A stretch of 64,000 nucleotides of DNA, from NCBI GenBank assembly GCA_964595465.1, contig CAZQQI010000005.1:9562-73561 (forward strand), written 5' to 3'. Position numbers and translations under genes: made by a program. This document shows, in pieces, positions 52,983 to 63,186 of this stretch (its first letter is position 1; the number at the start of each line of letters is the position of its first letter). This DNA is from an uncultured Planctomycetales bacterium. GTDB taxonomy: Bacteria; Omnitrophota; Gorgyraeia; Zapsychrales; JANLHA01. The notes beneath the pieces were generated by a model. It did not search any database. It was given only the letters and a program-made list of their open reading frames with translations, and was not told the DNA's origin.

Positions 52983-54059
52983 ATGAAGATCATGATCGCG
53001 ACAGGTTCCAGCGGAGGACACATGGTGCCGGCTCTGGCTCTGGCGGATGTTTTGCGTTCGCGGGGGCACGAAGTTGTGCTTGCCGGTGCCTTTGACCGTT
53101 TGCCCGGTATGGTGGCGGACCTGAATATGCCGGTTTATCATATTCAGGCGTCTCCTTTGCAAGGGAAATCTTTAACAACCATATTCAAACTCTCTGCAAG
53201 TATGTTACAATCAGTACAGAAAGCGGGACGGCTCATTGCAGAACAGAATCCTGCGGCTGTGATCGGCTTCGGCGGATACGCGGCTTTCGCTGTTGTAATG
53301 AGCGCGGCCCTGAGGCGGCTGCCGGTCATGATCCATGAACAAAATGTGCGTCCCGGACGGGCGAACCGTCTGCTGATGCCCTGGGTCCGGCGCATCGCTG
53401 TGAGCTTTGAAGAAACCCGCAGATTTTGTCCCCGCAGAAAATGCTGCGTGACCGGATATCCTTTGCGCCGTTATCCGCGTATATCACAGGAAGATGCCCG
53501 CCGCCGGATGGGGCTGGCGGAAGACGCGTCGACCGTTTTGGTCTGTGGAGGAAGTCAGGGCAGCCGGGCGGTTAACCGGATCATGACGTCCGCCTGCAAT
53601 GAGTTGGTGAAAAAAAGTCCTGCTGTTCAGTTTATTCATATTGCCGGAGAGCAGGATCGCGAATTGGTCGAAACCGCGTACCGCAAATCCGGGGTGCGGG
53701 CCAGGGTTTACAGTTTTTGTGATGATATGGCCGGGGCGTATTGCGCCGCGGACGCGGTCGTGATCCGCGCCGGTGCCGGGGCCCTGCATGAGGCGGTGTA
53801 TTTTGACCGGCCGGCTGTGGTGATCCCATATCCGTATGCCCGCGGTCATCAGATGGAAAACGCTTTGGCATTGCGCAAACGGTTCTCCGGTCTGACAGTG
53901 ATCCCCGAAGAGCGGGCTGCGGCCGATTCTGTGGCGGAGGCTTTGCAGGCGGCTCTGCGCAGAGAAAAGACTGTCGAGGACCGGGAAGATTTCATGCGGG
54001 CGGCAGACAGGCTGGCCGCGGAGGTTGAGCGTCTGGCGGAAGTGAAGCATGGACATTAA
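52983..54059 (+). CDS. murG: Lipid I GlcNAc transferase
   Basis: SGGH..P, GFGGY, HEQN, GGSQG, RAGA, HQMENA. Confidence 0.95.
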   Translation: MKIMIATGSSGGHMVPALALADVLRSRGHEVVLAGAFDRLPGMVADLNMPVYHIQASPLQGKSLTTIFKLSASMLQSVQKAGRLIAEQNPAAVIGFGGYAAFAVVMSAALRRLPVMIHEQNVRPGRANRLLMPWVRRIAVSFEETRRFCPRRKCCVTGYPLRRYPRISQEDARRRMGLAEDASTVLVCGGSQGSRAVNRIMTSACNELVKKSPAVQFIHIAGEQDRELVETAYRKSGVRARVYSFCDDMAGAYCAADAVVIRAGAGALHEAVYFDRPAVVIPYPYARGHQMENALALRKRFSGLTVIPEERAAADSVAEALQAALRREKTVEDREDFMRAADRLAAEVERLAEVKHGH

Positions 54060-54852
54060 GAAAAATATAATTTTGCTGATGTTCGTTATGTGGACGGTTA
54101 TGGGTCTGCAGGCAGGAGAGGTCTATTCGGAAGAGGATGAGTGGCAGGAATCCCGTTCATCGCATTTTTATGTGTATTATAAGAATGCTCCCGAGGATTT
54201 TGTGGACACCGTGCAGGAGGCAGCAGAGGAGTATTATCAGGAGATCACCGACAATCTGGGATTTACCCGTCACCGCGGATGGTCGTTTGATGACCGGGCC
54301 AAGATCTACATTTACAGCGATAAACAGGATTATATCGAATCTGCCCGCCAGGCGCATTGGTCGAGCGCGTCGGTGATGTCGCGCAGTAAGGTCATCCGGA
54401 CCTATCCTTCGGCCTACGGTTTTTTTGACACCACCCTCCCGCATGAATTGGGGCATATCATTTTTCGGGAATTTATTGGTATGAAGGCCCGGATCCCCTT
54501 GTGGCTGGAAGAAGGTGTCGCCATGTATCAGGAAAAGGCCAAGCGGTGGGGGGTCAATAATGATGTCCGCGCCGCGCTGGAGGATCAGACATTTATTCCG
54601 GTTCCAGAGCTGAACCATGTTCGCCTGACGTCGGGAACAGATCGTTCCACAGTGGATCTGTTTTACGCGGAAGCGGCCAGCCTGGTCTATTATCTGATCA
54701 CAGAATTCGGCCAGCATCGTTTTGTGCGCTTTTGCCGCAAACTGGAACGGGGAACGCCGTTCCTGACGGCATTGACACGGACCTATATCCGTTTTGATGA
54801 TCTTGAAGATCTCAACCGTTCCTGGGTGAACTATTTGAAGGATGGCAATTGA
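54049..54852 (+). CDS. Secreted peptidase MA-like zinc metallopeptidase
   Basis: Signal peptide, HELGH, PLWLEEGVA, FYAEA. Confidence 0.8.
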   Translation: MDIKKNIILLMFVMWTVMGLQAGEVYSEEDEWQESRSSHFYVYYKNAPEDFVDTVQEAAEEYYQEITDNLGFTRHRGWSFDDRAKIYIYSDKQDYIESARQAHWSSASVMSRSKVIRTYPSAYGFFDTTLPHELGHIIFREFIGMKARIPLWLEEGVAMYQEKAKRWGVNNDVRAALEDQTFIPVPELNHVRLTSGTDRSTVDLFYAEAASLVYYLITEFGQHRFVRFCRKLERGTPFLTALTRTYIRFDDLEDLNRSWVNYLKDGN

Positions 54853-56237
54853 TGGCTCAGCGTCATGTACATCTTTTGGGAATAGGCGGTATCGGTGTCG
54901 GAACAGTGGCGTCTTTGCTGCTGTCCCGGGGGGACCGCGTGACCGGTTCTGATATTCAGGAAAACGCCATGATCCGTGATCTGCGTGCCCGCGGAGCGGA
55001 GATCGTGATCGGGCATCGCGCCGAAAATGTGTCCTCACCGGATTGTGTGGTGTATTCTTCCGCGGTCAAACCGGATAATCCTGAACTGATCGCCGCCCGT
55101 GAGAGGGGGTGCCGGGTGATGCGGCGGGCTGAAATGCTGGCCGCGCTGATGGCAGGATATGAAGCGGTAACAGTAGCCGGCGCCCACGGTAAAACCACCA
55201 CCACCGGATTGGCCATTCATTTACTTGAACGGGCCGGAGTATCCCCGGCGTCCGCCCTGGGGGGTGTCCCCGTAGGCGGCGGGTACGATGCGGCATTGGG
55301 AACGGGACGCTATTTTGTTGCTGAAGTTGATGAAAGCGACGGTACACTCTTATATTTCCGCCCGGACATTTCTATTGTGACCAACATTGACCGGGAGCAT
55401 TTAGATTTTTATCGGGGGTGGGATCACCTCTGCGAAATCTACGGCCAGTATTTGTCACAGACCTCTCAGGACGGCCTGGCCATTCTTTATGGGGATGATG
55501 AACATCTCCGTGAGGCGGCGCGGCAAGCGCGCTGCCGGATTGTGTTTTACGGGGAAAGGGGCGATTCGGATATCCGTCTGCTTAACGCGGAGCAGACATC
55601 GTCCGGTCTCAGGATCCATGCTGTGACCCGGCGCGGAGAATGGCGTGATGTCCGTGTCGGCCTTTACGGCAGGCATAATGCCTTGAACGCTTTGGCGGTC
55701 ATAGCTCTGGCCGAACAGCTCGATCTTCCCAAGGCGGTCGTCCTGCGCGCCCTTGCGTGTTTTTCCGGTGTCAGCCGGCGTTTTGAGATGAAAGCCCGCG
55801 CCAAGGGTCTCACCGTGGTAGATGATTACGCGCATCACCCCACGGAAATCCGTTCAACTGTCGGGACAGCCCGGGATTGCGGCGCACGGCGGGTGATTGC
55901 TGTTTTTCAGCCGCACCGCTATTCTCGTTTTCAGAGCCTGTGGGATGATTTTTTATGTTGTTTCGACCAGGCGGACGAGATTATTGTTACGGATGTTTAC
56001 GCGGCTAATGAAATGCCTAACGGCACGGCATCCTCCGAAGCCTTTTGTCAGGCTATGAGGGTCCGCAGCGTTAAACCGGTGCATTATATTTTTAAAGATG
56101 ATATTGCCGATTTTCTGGAGGACCGTGTTGACGAAGGAGATTATGTGTTGTTTCTGGGTGCGGGAGATATCACCCGGGTCGCTGCCGACTTTGCCGGGCG
56201 GGTGACAGCCGCGGAAATATCAAACAAGGTTCAGTAG
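54852..56237 (+). CDS. murC: UDP-MurNAc:L-Ala ligase
   Basis: GIGGIG, GAHGKTTT, EVDESD, DDYAHHPTE, FQPHRY, GAGD. Confidence 0.96.
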   Translation: MAQRHVHLLGIGGIGVGTVASLLLSRGDRVTGSDIQENAMIRDLRARGAEIVIGHRAENVSSPDCVVYSSAVKPDNPELIAARERGCRVMRRAEMLAALMAGYEAVTVAGAHGKTTTTGLAIHLLERAGVSPASALGGVPVGGGYDAALGTGRYFVAEVDESDGTLLYFRPDISIVTNIDREHLDFYRGWDHLCEIYGQYLSQTSQDGLAILYGDDEHLREAARQARCRIVFYGERGDSDIRLLNAEQTSSGLRIHAVTRRGEWRDVRVGLYGRHNALNALAVIALAEQLDLPKAVVLRALACFSGVSRRFEMKARAKGLTVVDDYAHHPTEIRSTVGTARDCGARRVIAVFQPHRYSRFQSLWDDFLCCFDQADEIIVTDVYAANEMPNGTASSEAFCQAMRVRSVKPVHYIFKDDIADFLEDRVDEGDYVLFLGAGDITRVAADFAGRVTAAEISNKVQ

Positions 56238-56245
56238 GGGGAGAT

Positions 56246-57193
56246 GTGGGGAATCAGCGAATTGGTGTTCTTATGGGAGGGTGCTCTTCCGAACGGGAGA
56301 TCTCGTTAAAGTCAGGACAGGCGGTGGCCTCGGCGCTGTGTTCTGCGGGATATCAGGTTGAGCCTTTGGTATTAGAATCTGAAGACGGCGCCGTAAATCA
56401 GAAGTTTATATCTGCGGCAGCTGTTGATGCTGTGTTTATCGCCCTTCACGGCCGGTATGGGGAAGACGGCGGGATTCAGCAGGTCTTGACTGAAATGGAT
56501 CTGCCCTATACGGGAAGCGACGCCGCCGCCAGCCGGCTGGCAATGGATAAAGTCGGAACTCAGGGCTGTCTGCAGGAAGCGGGATTGCCGGTGCCGGCCT
56601 ATGACATTGTGAACCGGACTGGACCTGAAAAGGCCGTGGAGATCTTCCGCCGTCTGGGCGGCAGGGTGGTCGTCAAGCCTCCGGCTGAAGGGTCCAGTAT
56701 CGGTGTGCATAGCGTCAGCAATACCGCAGACCTCAGCCGGGCCGTGACTGATGCATTGCAGTACGGCAGCCGGGTACTGATCGAAAAATTCATTGCCGGC
56801 AGGGAATTGACCGTCGGGATCCTTGATGACCGTGCTTTGCCGGTCATCGAGATCTGTCCCCGGGGAGGGTTTTTTGATTTTCGCAGTAAATATCAGAAAG
56901 GCTGCACAGAATATCATGTGCCGGCCGATTTGCCTGAAGAGACTGCTGGCCGGGCGCGCGATGCCGCGCTGACTGCCTTTCAGGTGCTGGGCTGCCGGGA
57001 CATGGCCCGTGTCGATATGATGCTTGACCAGCAGGATAATCTTTATCTTTTGGAAGTGAATACCATTCCCGGGTTTACGGAAACCAGCCTTTTGCCCATG
57101 GCAGCTGCGGAGGCGGGAATCGGGTTTCCGCGGTTATGTTCAGACCTCATCGCAAGTGCATTGCAGAGACAAAAATCAGAGAGAGGAGATTGA
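56246..57193 (+). CDS. ddl: D-Ala-D-Ala ligase
   Basis: GGCSSEREIS, LHGRYGEDG, GSSIG, EVNTIPGFT..S. Confidence 0.96.
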   Translation: MGNQRIGVLMGGCSSEREISLKSGQAVASALCSAGYQVEPLVLESEDGAVNQKFISAAAVDAVFIALHGRYGEDGGIQQVLTEMDLPYTGSDAAASRLAMDKVGTQGCLQEAGLPVPAYDIVNRTGPEKAVEIFRRLGGRVVVKPPAEGSSIGVHSVSNTADLSRAVTDALQYGSRVLIEKFIAGRELTVGILDDRALPVIEICPRGGFFDFRSKYQKGCTEYHVPADLPEETAGRARDAALTAFQVLGCRDMARVDMMLDQQDNLYLLEVNTIPGFTETSLLPMAAAEAGIGFPRLCSDLIASALQRQKSERGD

Positions 57194-57196
57194 GGT

Positions 57197-57952
57197 ATGG
57201 CAAGGAGGAAGAAGAAAAATGCCAAACTTGTAAAGGGGCTGAAATTCTTTATTATCGGCGTGTTTATTCTTTTCGCCGCCTATATGGGTGTCCGCCTGGT
57301 TTTGAAATTTTTCCGCACATCGTCGTTGTTTCAGGTTGAAGAGATCGTTCGGGAACCTGACCTGCAGTTCGTTCAGTCTTCGTATCTGGACCGTCTGGCA
57401 GGACGGAATATCTTTTCGGTGAATTTGTCCCGGGTGCAGAAACGGGTTCAGCAGCAGTACCCCCAGGTTCATGAATTGAGGGTGATCCGCCGTCTGCCGG
57501 ACAGGATCGCGGTCACCGCGGAAAAGAGAGAGCCGTTTGTTCTAGCCGTACTGACCGACGGCGATGCCATATTGGACCGCGAAGGGGTGCTTCTGGGAGA
57601 GGCGTCCGCGTTTGATCTGGATACCCCGCGCATTTTAGGGGTTGCCGACGCGGGGCGTATGAGCGTGGGGAAAAGCCTGGCCAGCAGGCAGGTCTCGGCG
57701 GGGATGAAAATTTTGCGGGCTTTTGACTCTGATGCGTATCTTTCTGCGGACCGCATCCGGTTTGTCGATGTTTCGAACTTATCCAAGATCCAGGTTCGCC
57801 TTGAGACCGGCGGAGATGTTTACCTTGACCAGTATAAGATCCCGCATAAAGTTAATGTTTTGGGTCTGCTGGTCTCTCAGGCCGTTGTTGACCTGGGTGC
57901 TGTGGAGTATGTGGATTTGAGATTTAAAGAACCCGTTATCCGGAAGCGCTGA
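57197..57952 (+). CDS. ftsQ: Cell division protein FtsQ/DivIB
   Basis: One TM segment, POTRA (RRLPDRI), C-terminal YVDLRF. Confidence 0.85.
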   Translation: MARRKKKNAKLVKGLKFFIIGVFILFAAYMGVRLVLKFFRTSSLFQVEEIVREPDLQFVQSSYLDRLAGRNIFSVNLSRVQKRVQQQYPQVHELRVIRRLPDRIAVTAEKREPFVLAVLTDGDAILDREGVLLGEASAFDLDTPRILGVADAGRMSVGKSLASRQVSAGMKILRAFDSDAYLSADRIRFVDVSNLSKIQVRLETGGDVYLDQYKIPHKVNVLGLLVSQAVVDLGAVEYVDLRFKEPVIRKR

Positions 57953-59187
57953 TGTTTAGACGGATTATTGGAGAAAAATATTTCTGCGGCCTGGATGTCG
58001 GCTCACGGACGATTAAAGCAAGTCTGATGGAGGCGCGGGAATCCCGTCAGCTGGCTGTTGTTGGGATATTTGAAACCCGTACAGCAGGGTTTAATGGTTC
58101 GTCGGTTACAGATCTCGGAGACTTCGCCCGCTCGGTCAATGATGCTGTCTCAGGGCTGAGCAAAAAAAGCCGGGTCAAGATCTCTCAGGTCTATCTCGGT
58201 ATAGGCGGGGAACTGGTACAGCGCCGGATTGGGAAGGCGGTCATCCCCTTGTTGGACCGTGGCAGTAAGGTCATTGCCCGGCGGGATGCCGAGCGGATCC
58301 GCAAACAGGCCCGTCTCCTGGGGGTAAAGGTTGAAGAGGTCGTGATCCAGGATTTCCCCCAGGTCTATCGTGTCGATGATGTCAATATCGCGCAGAATCC
58401 TGTTGGTCTGTACGGACGCAAACTGGAAGTTGAGACCTTTTTACTGACAGTGAATAATACGGTTTTAAAGAACATGACCAAAGCCGTGAACCGGGCTGGC
58501 TATGATGTGGCCGATGTCTTTTCTACCGCGTTCTCGACAGCCGGGATGGCTTGTGGGGAATATGATCAACGGCAGGGCTGTGTTCTGATCGATATGGGTT
58601 CGGCGGTGACCGAGGTGCTGATCTTTAAAGGCGCGCAGCTCCGGGGTTACGAACAGCTGCCTTTCGGCGGCGCCCATTTTACCAGGGTAATCAGCGATGC
58701 GCTGAATGTGTCCCTGGATCTGGCAGAGGAGATCAAAGAGGCCTATGCGTCATTAGACCCCGGCGCTTATCGCGATAATGAAGAGATCCTGATCAAGCGT
58801 GAAGACGGCTATCTTCCTGTCCGGAAATCCTTGATTATCGAGTCGATCTCACCGCTGGCGGCAGCCTTGTGCAACGAAGTCCGTGATGTCCTGCACCGCT
58901 CCGGTCTGCGTGAGCACCTAAATGCTGGTGTTTTTCTCACGGGCGGAGGGGCGCTGATGTCCGGGTTGGCTGAGCGGATCGAAGAGGCGGCAGGGCTGAA
59001 CACCCGGACAGCTCAGCCTCAGATCGCGGTCAAACACCTTCCCAACGCGCCGAAATTTTTGCCCGCTCTTGGTTTAGCGCGCACCGGTTTTAATCATAGT
59101 GCCGGGGTTGGACGGATGAAGAGCGGGGGCAGTGTTTACCGCCGCGGATTGGAGAAAATAAAGGAGCTTTATCAGGAGTATTTTTGA
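57952..59187 (+). CDS. ftsA: Cell division protein FtsA
   Basis: GLDVGS, IDMGS, AEEIK, LTGGGA, amphipathic C-terminal helix ending QEYF. Confidence 0.92.
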   Translation: MFRRIIGEKYFCGLDVGSRTIKASLMEARESRQLAVVGIFETRTAGFNGSSVTDLGDFARSVNDAVSGLSKKSRVKISQVYLGIGGELVQRRIGKAVIPLLDRGSKVIARRDAERIRKQARLLGVKVEEVVIQDFPQVYRVDDVNIAQNPVGLYGRKLEVETFLLTVNNTVLKNMTKAVNRAGYDVADVFSTAFSTAGMACGEYDQRQGCVLIDMGSAVTEVLIFKGAQLRGYEQLPFGGAHFTRVISDALNVSLDLAEEIKEAYASLDPGAYRDNEEILIKREDGYLPVRKSLIIESISPLAAALCNEVRDVLHRSGLREHLNAGVFLTGGGALMSGLAERIEEAAGLNTRTAQPQIAVKHLPNAPKFLPALGLARTGFNHSAGVGRMKSGGSVYRRGLEKIKELYQEYF

Positions 59188-59206
59188 TCGGGGGAAAGGC
59201 ATCGTC

Positions 59207-59554
59207 TTAACGGCGGTTCTGGCTGTTGCGCAGGGTCGCGTAATGGATGTCTTTGAGGATGTAGCGGATGCGGTTCATGGTATTGAACATGAACAGCATC
59301 CAGAAAGAATTCAGCAGCATCAGAAAAATAATCACGAGTAGAGATACGGAGTTCTGATGCAGGATATGCTGGATCAGGCTGTCCGGCGCCAGCTGTGAGC
59401 CCAGATCGATCGTGTTGATCGCGTTAACGAAAAGCACAAAAAAGACCACGATCAAAACCACCTGGAAAAAGAAAAAGTAGAAATGCCGCATCATCCAGCG
59501 GGCGCAGCGGTTATCCCACCGGCGGATCGTATTCATCACATCATCAAATCTCAT
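59207..59554 (-). CDS. Hypothetical two-TM membrane protein
   Basis: SD GGAG upstream, two hydrophobic segments. Confidence 0.6.
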   Translation of the reverse strand: MRFDDVMNTIRRWDNRCARWMMRHFYFFFFQVVLIVVFFVLFVNAINTIDLGSQLAPDSLIQHILHQNSVSLLVIIFLMLLNSFWMLFMFNTMNRIRYILKDIHYATLRNSQNRR

Positions 59555-59708
59555 TCTGTCTCCAGTCTTTCTTCAAAGTTTCTTGACAGTATACTATAAT
59601 CCTTTTTTCGTTTATGCAATACTTTTTATGTTCGTTTATGAGCGGTTTGCTAAAAGCTGTTTTCATCGGGTATACTTTCCTCGTAAGGTGGTCAGAACGG
59701 AGGAAATC

Positions 59709-60188
59709 ATGAAGAAGAGTGTCTTGTTGTGTTCATTATATCTGATCTGCTTTTTGGTTCTGCCGGTTTCCGTCCGGGCCTACGGTGTCGTCGGTGAGGG
59801 GTTTTGTGAAGTGTACGTTCAGCAGGACGGGCTTTATATGGCGGCTCTGGAACAAACCGTGGGAACAGAGCGGGATGGTCTCTCAGCGTATTTTTATCAG
59901 GACGGTGACGTCCGTCAAGTCAGTCAATTCTCCCGCGGTGTGAGGCACGGGCTCAAGCGCCGCTTTTGGAAAAACGGAGAACTTCGCCAGGCTGTTTCTT
60001 ATCAGGACGGGCTTCTCCATGGCGCCATGATCGCGTTTTCCCGTTCAGGAGATATCCTTTCCTTTATTCCTTACCGGCAGGGCCGCCCTCATGGAGTTGC
60101 CCGGTTTTTCAGCGAAGACCTCCTCCGGAGTTATCAAACTCGTTTTGAAAACGGTGTGCCGTCCGCCAGCGATATTCATCAGAAGTAA
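59709..60188 (+). CDS. Exported MORN-variant (YwqK-like) repeat protein
   Basis: Signal peptide; repeats of the form GVRHG/GLLHG/GRPHG. Confidence 0.7.
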   Translation: MKKSVLLCSLYLICFLVLPVSVRAYGVVGEGFCEVYVQQDGLYMAALEQTVGTERDGLSAYFYQDGDVRQVSQFSRGVRHGLKRRFWKNGELRQAVSYQDGLLHGAMIAFSRSGDILSFIPYRQGRPHGVARFFSEDLLRSYQTRFENGVPSASDIHQK

Positions 60189-60283
60189 AGATCTTCCTCA
60201 AAACTCTCCATTCACAAATTCCTGTTCTCTGCTACAATAATACCGCACGTCATGGATTGGTTTATTATCAGAGGAGGGGGAAA

Positions 60284-61030
60284 GTGTTCTGCCACGCGCA
60301 TGAAAAACGTTTGGCTTCGGCGCAATGCACTCTCTGCGGTAAGGCATTATGTCCGGATTGCGAAAATATCGTCAGGGGTGAAGTGCTGTGTGATTCCTGT
60401 GTCGTTCCCGACCGTTCCCCGTCCCGCAAGGGCCGCGTTCTCAAACGGAATCCTTTCTTAGCTGCGCTTTTAAGTATCATTCCCGGGCTGGGACAGGTTT
60501 ACAATGGGGAGCCGTTCAAGGCCCTGTTCATTTTTATTACCTGCTGGATGATCGTGCCCTGGTTTTATGGAATGTACGATGCCTATGCTTCGGCCTGCCG
60601 GATCAATGAAGGGCGTATTGATGCAGAACCACGCCCGACGCTGTTGGCAGGATGCCTGCTGGTTATTATTTTGATGGCCGGCATTTGGCTGGGTGCCGGG
60701 ATGACAGCGAAACAGTTGATCTATGACCATTTTTTGATTCCCCGGGCCAAAGCGGAAGAGCAGGCGGCGCAGGAGATCCTTTTGCGTATCGGCAAGGCGC
60801 TTCAGCTGTACCGTTCGCAGTACGGGCAGTATCCTGATGATATCAAGCATCTTTATTTTGCCGATCCTCCGTATTTAAAAAAATTGTACTGCGGACAGTC
60901 ATACGGGGCGTACGGTTTCGTCTGCAATCTTTCTGAAGGCGGATATGAATTGCGGGCGATACCGGATATCTCACAGCTGAACGCGTTTGCTTTGAATAAT
61001 GATGGGGAATTGCTGGTCTATGAACCGTGA
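60284..61030 (+). CDS. B-box zinc finger + TM2-like + pseudopilin-like membrane protein
   Basis: CxxH..CxxCGKxLCxxC..LCxxC; ALLSIIPGLGQVYNG; ALQLYRSQYGQYP. Confidence 0.6.
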   Translation: MFCHAHEKRLASAQCTLCGKALCPDCENIVRGEVLCDSCVVPDRSPSRKGRVLKRNPFLAALLSIIPGLGQVYNGEPFKALFIFITCWMIVPWFYGMYDAYASACRINEGRIDAEPRPTLLAGCLLVIILMAGIWLGAGMTAKQLIYDHFLIPRAKAEEQAAQEILLRIGKALQLYRSQYGQYPDDIKHLYFADPPYLKKLYCGQSYGAYGFVCNLSEGGYELRAIPDISQLNAFALNNDGELLVYEP

Positions 61031-61112
61031 TCTGATGATATGTGTGTGCGGGGTAAAGAGGGTGGAAAAGACTGTACGATTATGAATTTATATGAGATGT
61101 AAGGAGATGATG

Positions 61113-61583
61113 ATGTTATTATATCTTATCCGGCATGGAGAATATATGCCCGCGTCCGTCGACCATCGTGAGCCGCTGAGTCCCCAGGGACGTAAAGATA
61201 TTCATGCTGTCGCCCGGCTGATCGGTGAGAGTGGTCCCGAGGCTGCGCAGGCTGTTTGGCATAGTCCCAAAAACCGCGCCCTGCAGTCTGCGAAGATCAT
61301 TCAGGATGTCCTCTTGACTCCCGGAGGTATTCAGGCGCGTGATGATGTCTCCCCGAATGCGGATCCTCAGGCCTGTATCAAAGCGATAGACCGCAGTCGG
61401 CAAACTTTGATCATTGTCAGTCATTTACCCTTCATTCCTCAGCTTTTGTGGCAGCTGATGCCGGATGATGTTCATGAGGGAGGCTTCCGTTTTCCTGCCG
61501 GCTCTCTGGCGGTTGTTCGGTGTGACGGCGACGGGAAGTGGCGGCTGGAAGAAATCCTGACACCGGAAACTTATCGAGTATAA
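61113..61583 (+). CDS. sixA: Phosphohistidine phosphatase SixA
   Basis: LIRHGE, R.LS..G, HSPKNRALQSA, VSHLP. Confidence 0.88.
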   Translation: MLLYLIRHGEYMPASVDHREPLSPQGRKDIHAVARLIGESGPEAAQAVWHSPKNRALQSAKIIQDVLLTPGGIQARDDVSPNADPQACIKAIDRSRQTLIIVSHLPFIPQLLWQLMPDDVHEGGFRFPAGSLAVVRCDGDGKWRLEEILTPETYRV

Positions 61584-62923
61584 TGGCAGAGAATTCCCAA
61601 GGCGTTTTATCTGTTTCGCAATTCAACGATCTCGTCAAGCAGGTTCTGCGTGCCGGTTTTCCCGGCGCGGTCTGGATCTGCGGAGAACTGCAGGGCTTTG
61701 ACCGCTCCCGCCATAAGCGTCATGTTTTTTTTGATCTATGCGAGAAAGATCCCGATACCCGGGATATTACGGCGCGGATAGGGGCGGTGATCTTTCAGAA
61801 CCGCCGCCCGGTTATTGAGAAGATCCTGCATGACAGCGGTGACCCGTTCGAACTCAAGGACGGACTGGAAGTCAAGTTTCTTTGCCGGGTCGATTTTTAC
61901 GGCCCTCACGGAGCCCTGCGCCTGGTGGTCGAGAAGATCGATCCGGTCCACACCCTCGGGCGTATCGCTCAGGAAAAACAGCGCCTGGTCGCGCAATTAA
62001 AGCAGGAGGGCCTGCTGGAAAAGAACAAGGCGTGTTCATTGAGTCAGCTGCCTTTGCGTATTGGATTGATCACATCTGTGGGGTCGGCTGCCTATAATGA
62101 TTTTCTGGAAGAACTTCGCTCTGCGGAAATCTCGTTTCAGGTTTTTGTGCATAACGCTCTCATGCAGGGCCGGGGGGCGGAGGCCGGTGTCTGCCGTGCC
62201 CTGGGTGCCCTCAGGGATATTGACGGTCTGGATGCCGTGGTTATCACCCGCGGGGGAGGCTCTATTGCCGATTTGGGCTGCTTTGATTCCCGCTGTATCG
62301 CTGAAGCCATCGCCCAGTATCCTCTTCCGGTTTTGAGCGGTATCGGTCATGAGATCGATCTGACAGTGACCGATCTGGCTGCCTATACTTATCAGAAAAC
62401 TCCGACCGCGATCGCTGCCTTACTGGTCCGGCGGGTTCTGGAGAGCCGGCAGGCTATGGACGAAGTCTCTGAGCTGATGGCCCGTTCCGCAAGAGACTTT
62501 GTGATCTATCGTCAGGAACGGTTGAAGACAGCGGCCCTGGAATTTCGTGATCTGGTCCGCGGGTTCCTGACGTCACATGAACATGACGTGCTCAGGTGTG
62601 CCGAACGGCTGAAATATGACCCTTCGCGCCAGCTGGAACAGGCCGGCAGGGATATCGGTGAACGCGGTGACTATCTGGTTGAACAGAGCCGGGAGTTTCT
62701 GGCAAGGCGGCTGAGGGAAGCCGGCCATGTTGAAGACCTGATCAAGGTCGCTGATCCCCGCAGGACCCTTCAAAGAGGGTTCAGCCTGACCCGCGATAAT
62801 ACCGGCCGGCTTATCAGATCGGTAGAAGATGTTTCCCGGGGTGCTGAACTCCGCACTGAATTGGCGGACGGGCAGGTGATCTCGGAAGTGACGGATAGAG
62901 AGGAAAGGAGCAGTAATGGCTGA
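61583..62923 (+). CDS. xseA: Exodeoxyribonuclease VII large subunit
   Basis: LSVSQ, IGLITS..AA..D, RGGGS..DL, SGIGHEID, TPTA, LQRGFS. Confidence 0.95.
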   Translation: MAENSQGVLSVSQFNDLVKQVLRAGFPGAVWICGELQGFDRSRHKRHVFFDLCEKDPDTRDITARIGAVIFQNRRPVIEKILHDSGDPFELKDGLEVKFLCRVDFYGPHGALRLVVEKIDPVHTLGRIAQEKQRLVAQLKQEGLLEKNKACSLSQLPLRIGLITSVGSAAYNDFLEELRSAEISFQVFVHNALMQGRGAEAGVCRALGALRDIDGLDAVVITRGGGSIADLGCFDSRCIAEAIAQYPLPVLSGIGHEIDLTVTDLAAYTYQKTPTAIAALLVRRVLESRQAMDEVSELMARSARDFVIYRQERLKTAALEFRDLVRGFLTSHEHDVLRCAERLKYDPSRQLEQAGRDIGERGDYLVEQSREFLARRLREAGHVEDLIKVADPRRTLQRGFSLTRDNTGRLIRSVEDVSRGAELRTELADGQVISEVTDREERSSNG

Positions 62924-63128
62924 AAAGTCTTATGCCCGGGCGATGGCCCGTTTGCAGGAAATCATCGCGGATATTGAACGCGAAGAGATCGATGTCGATG
63001 AATTAGGCCGCAGGGTGAAAGAGGCGGCTGGTCTGGTGCGGACCTGCCGCGATAAGATCCGCAAAGCTGACCTGGAAGTCCGCAATGTGGTGGATGAGTT
63101 AAGCCGGCTTGATTCCGAACAAGGATGA
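62916..63128 (+). CDS. xseB: Exodeoxyribonuclease VII small subunit
   Basis: SYARAMARLQEI..IDVDEL; overlaps the end of xseA. Confidence 0.9.
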   Translation: MAEKSYARAMARLQEIIADIEREEIDVDELGRRVKEAAGLVRTCRDKIRKADLEVRNVVDELSRLDSEQG

Positions 63129-63186
63129 CCGTGTTTTATGGTTTCCTGCCTGAGGGTGTGGTATACTTTCAGGGGAGAAGGAGATC

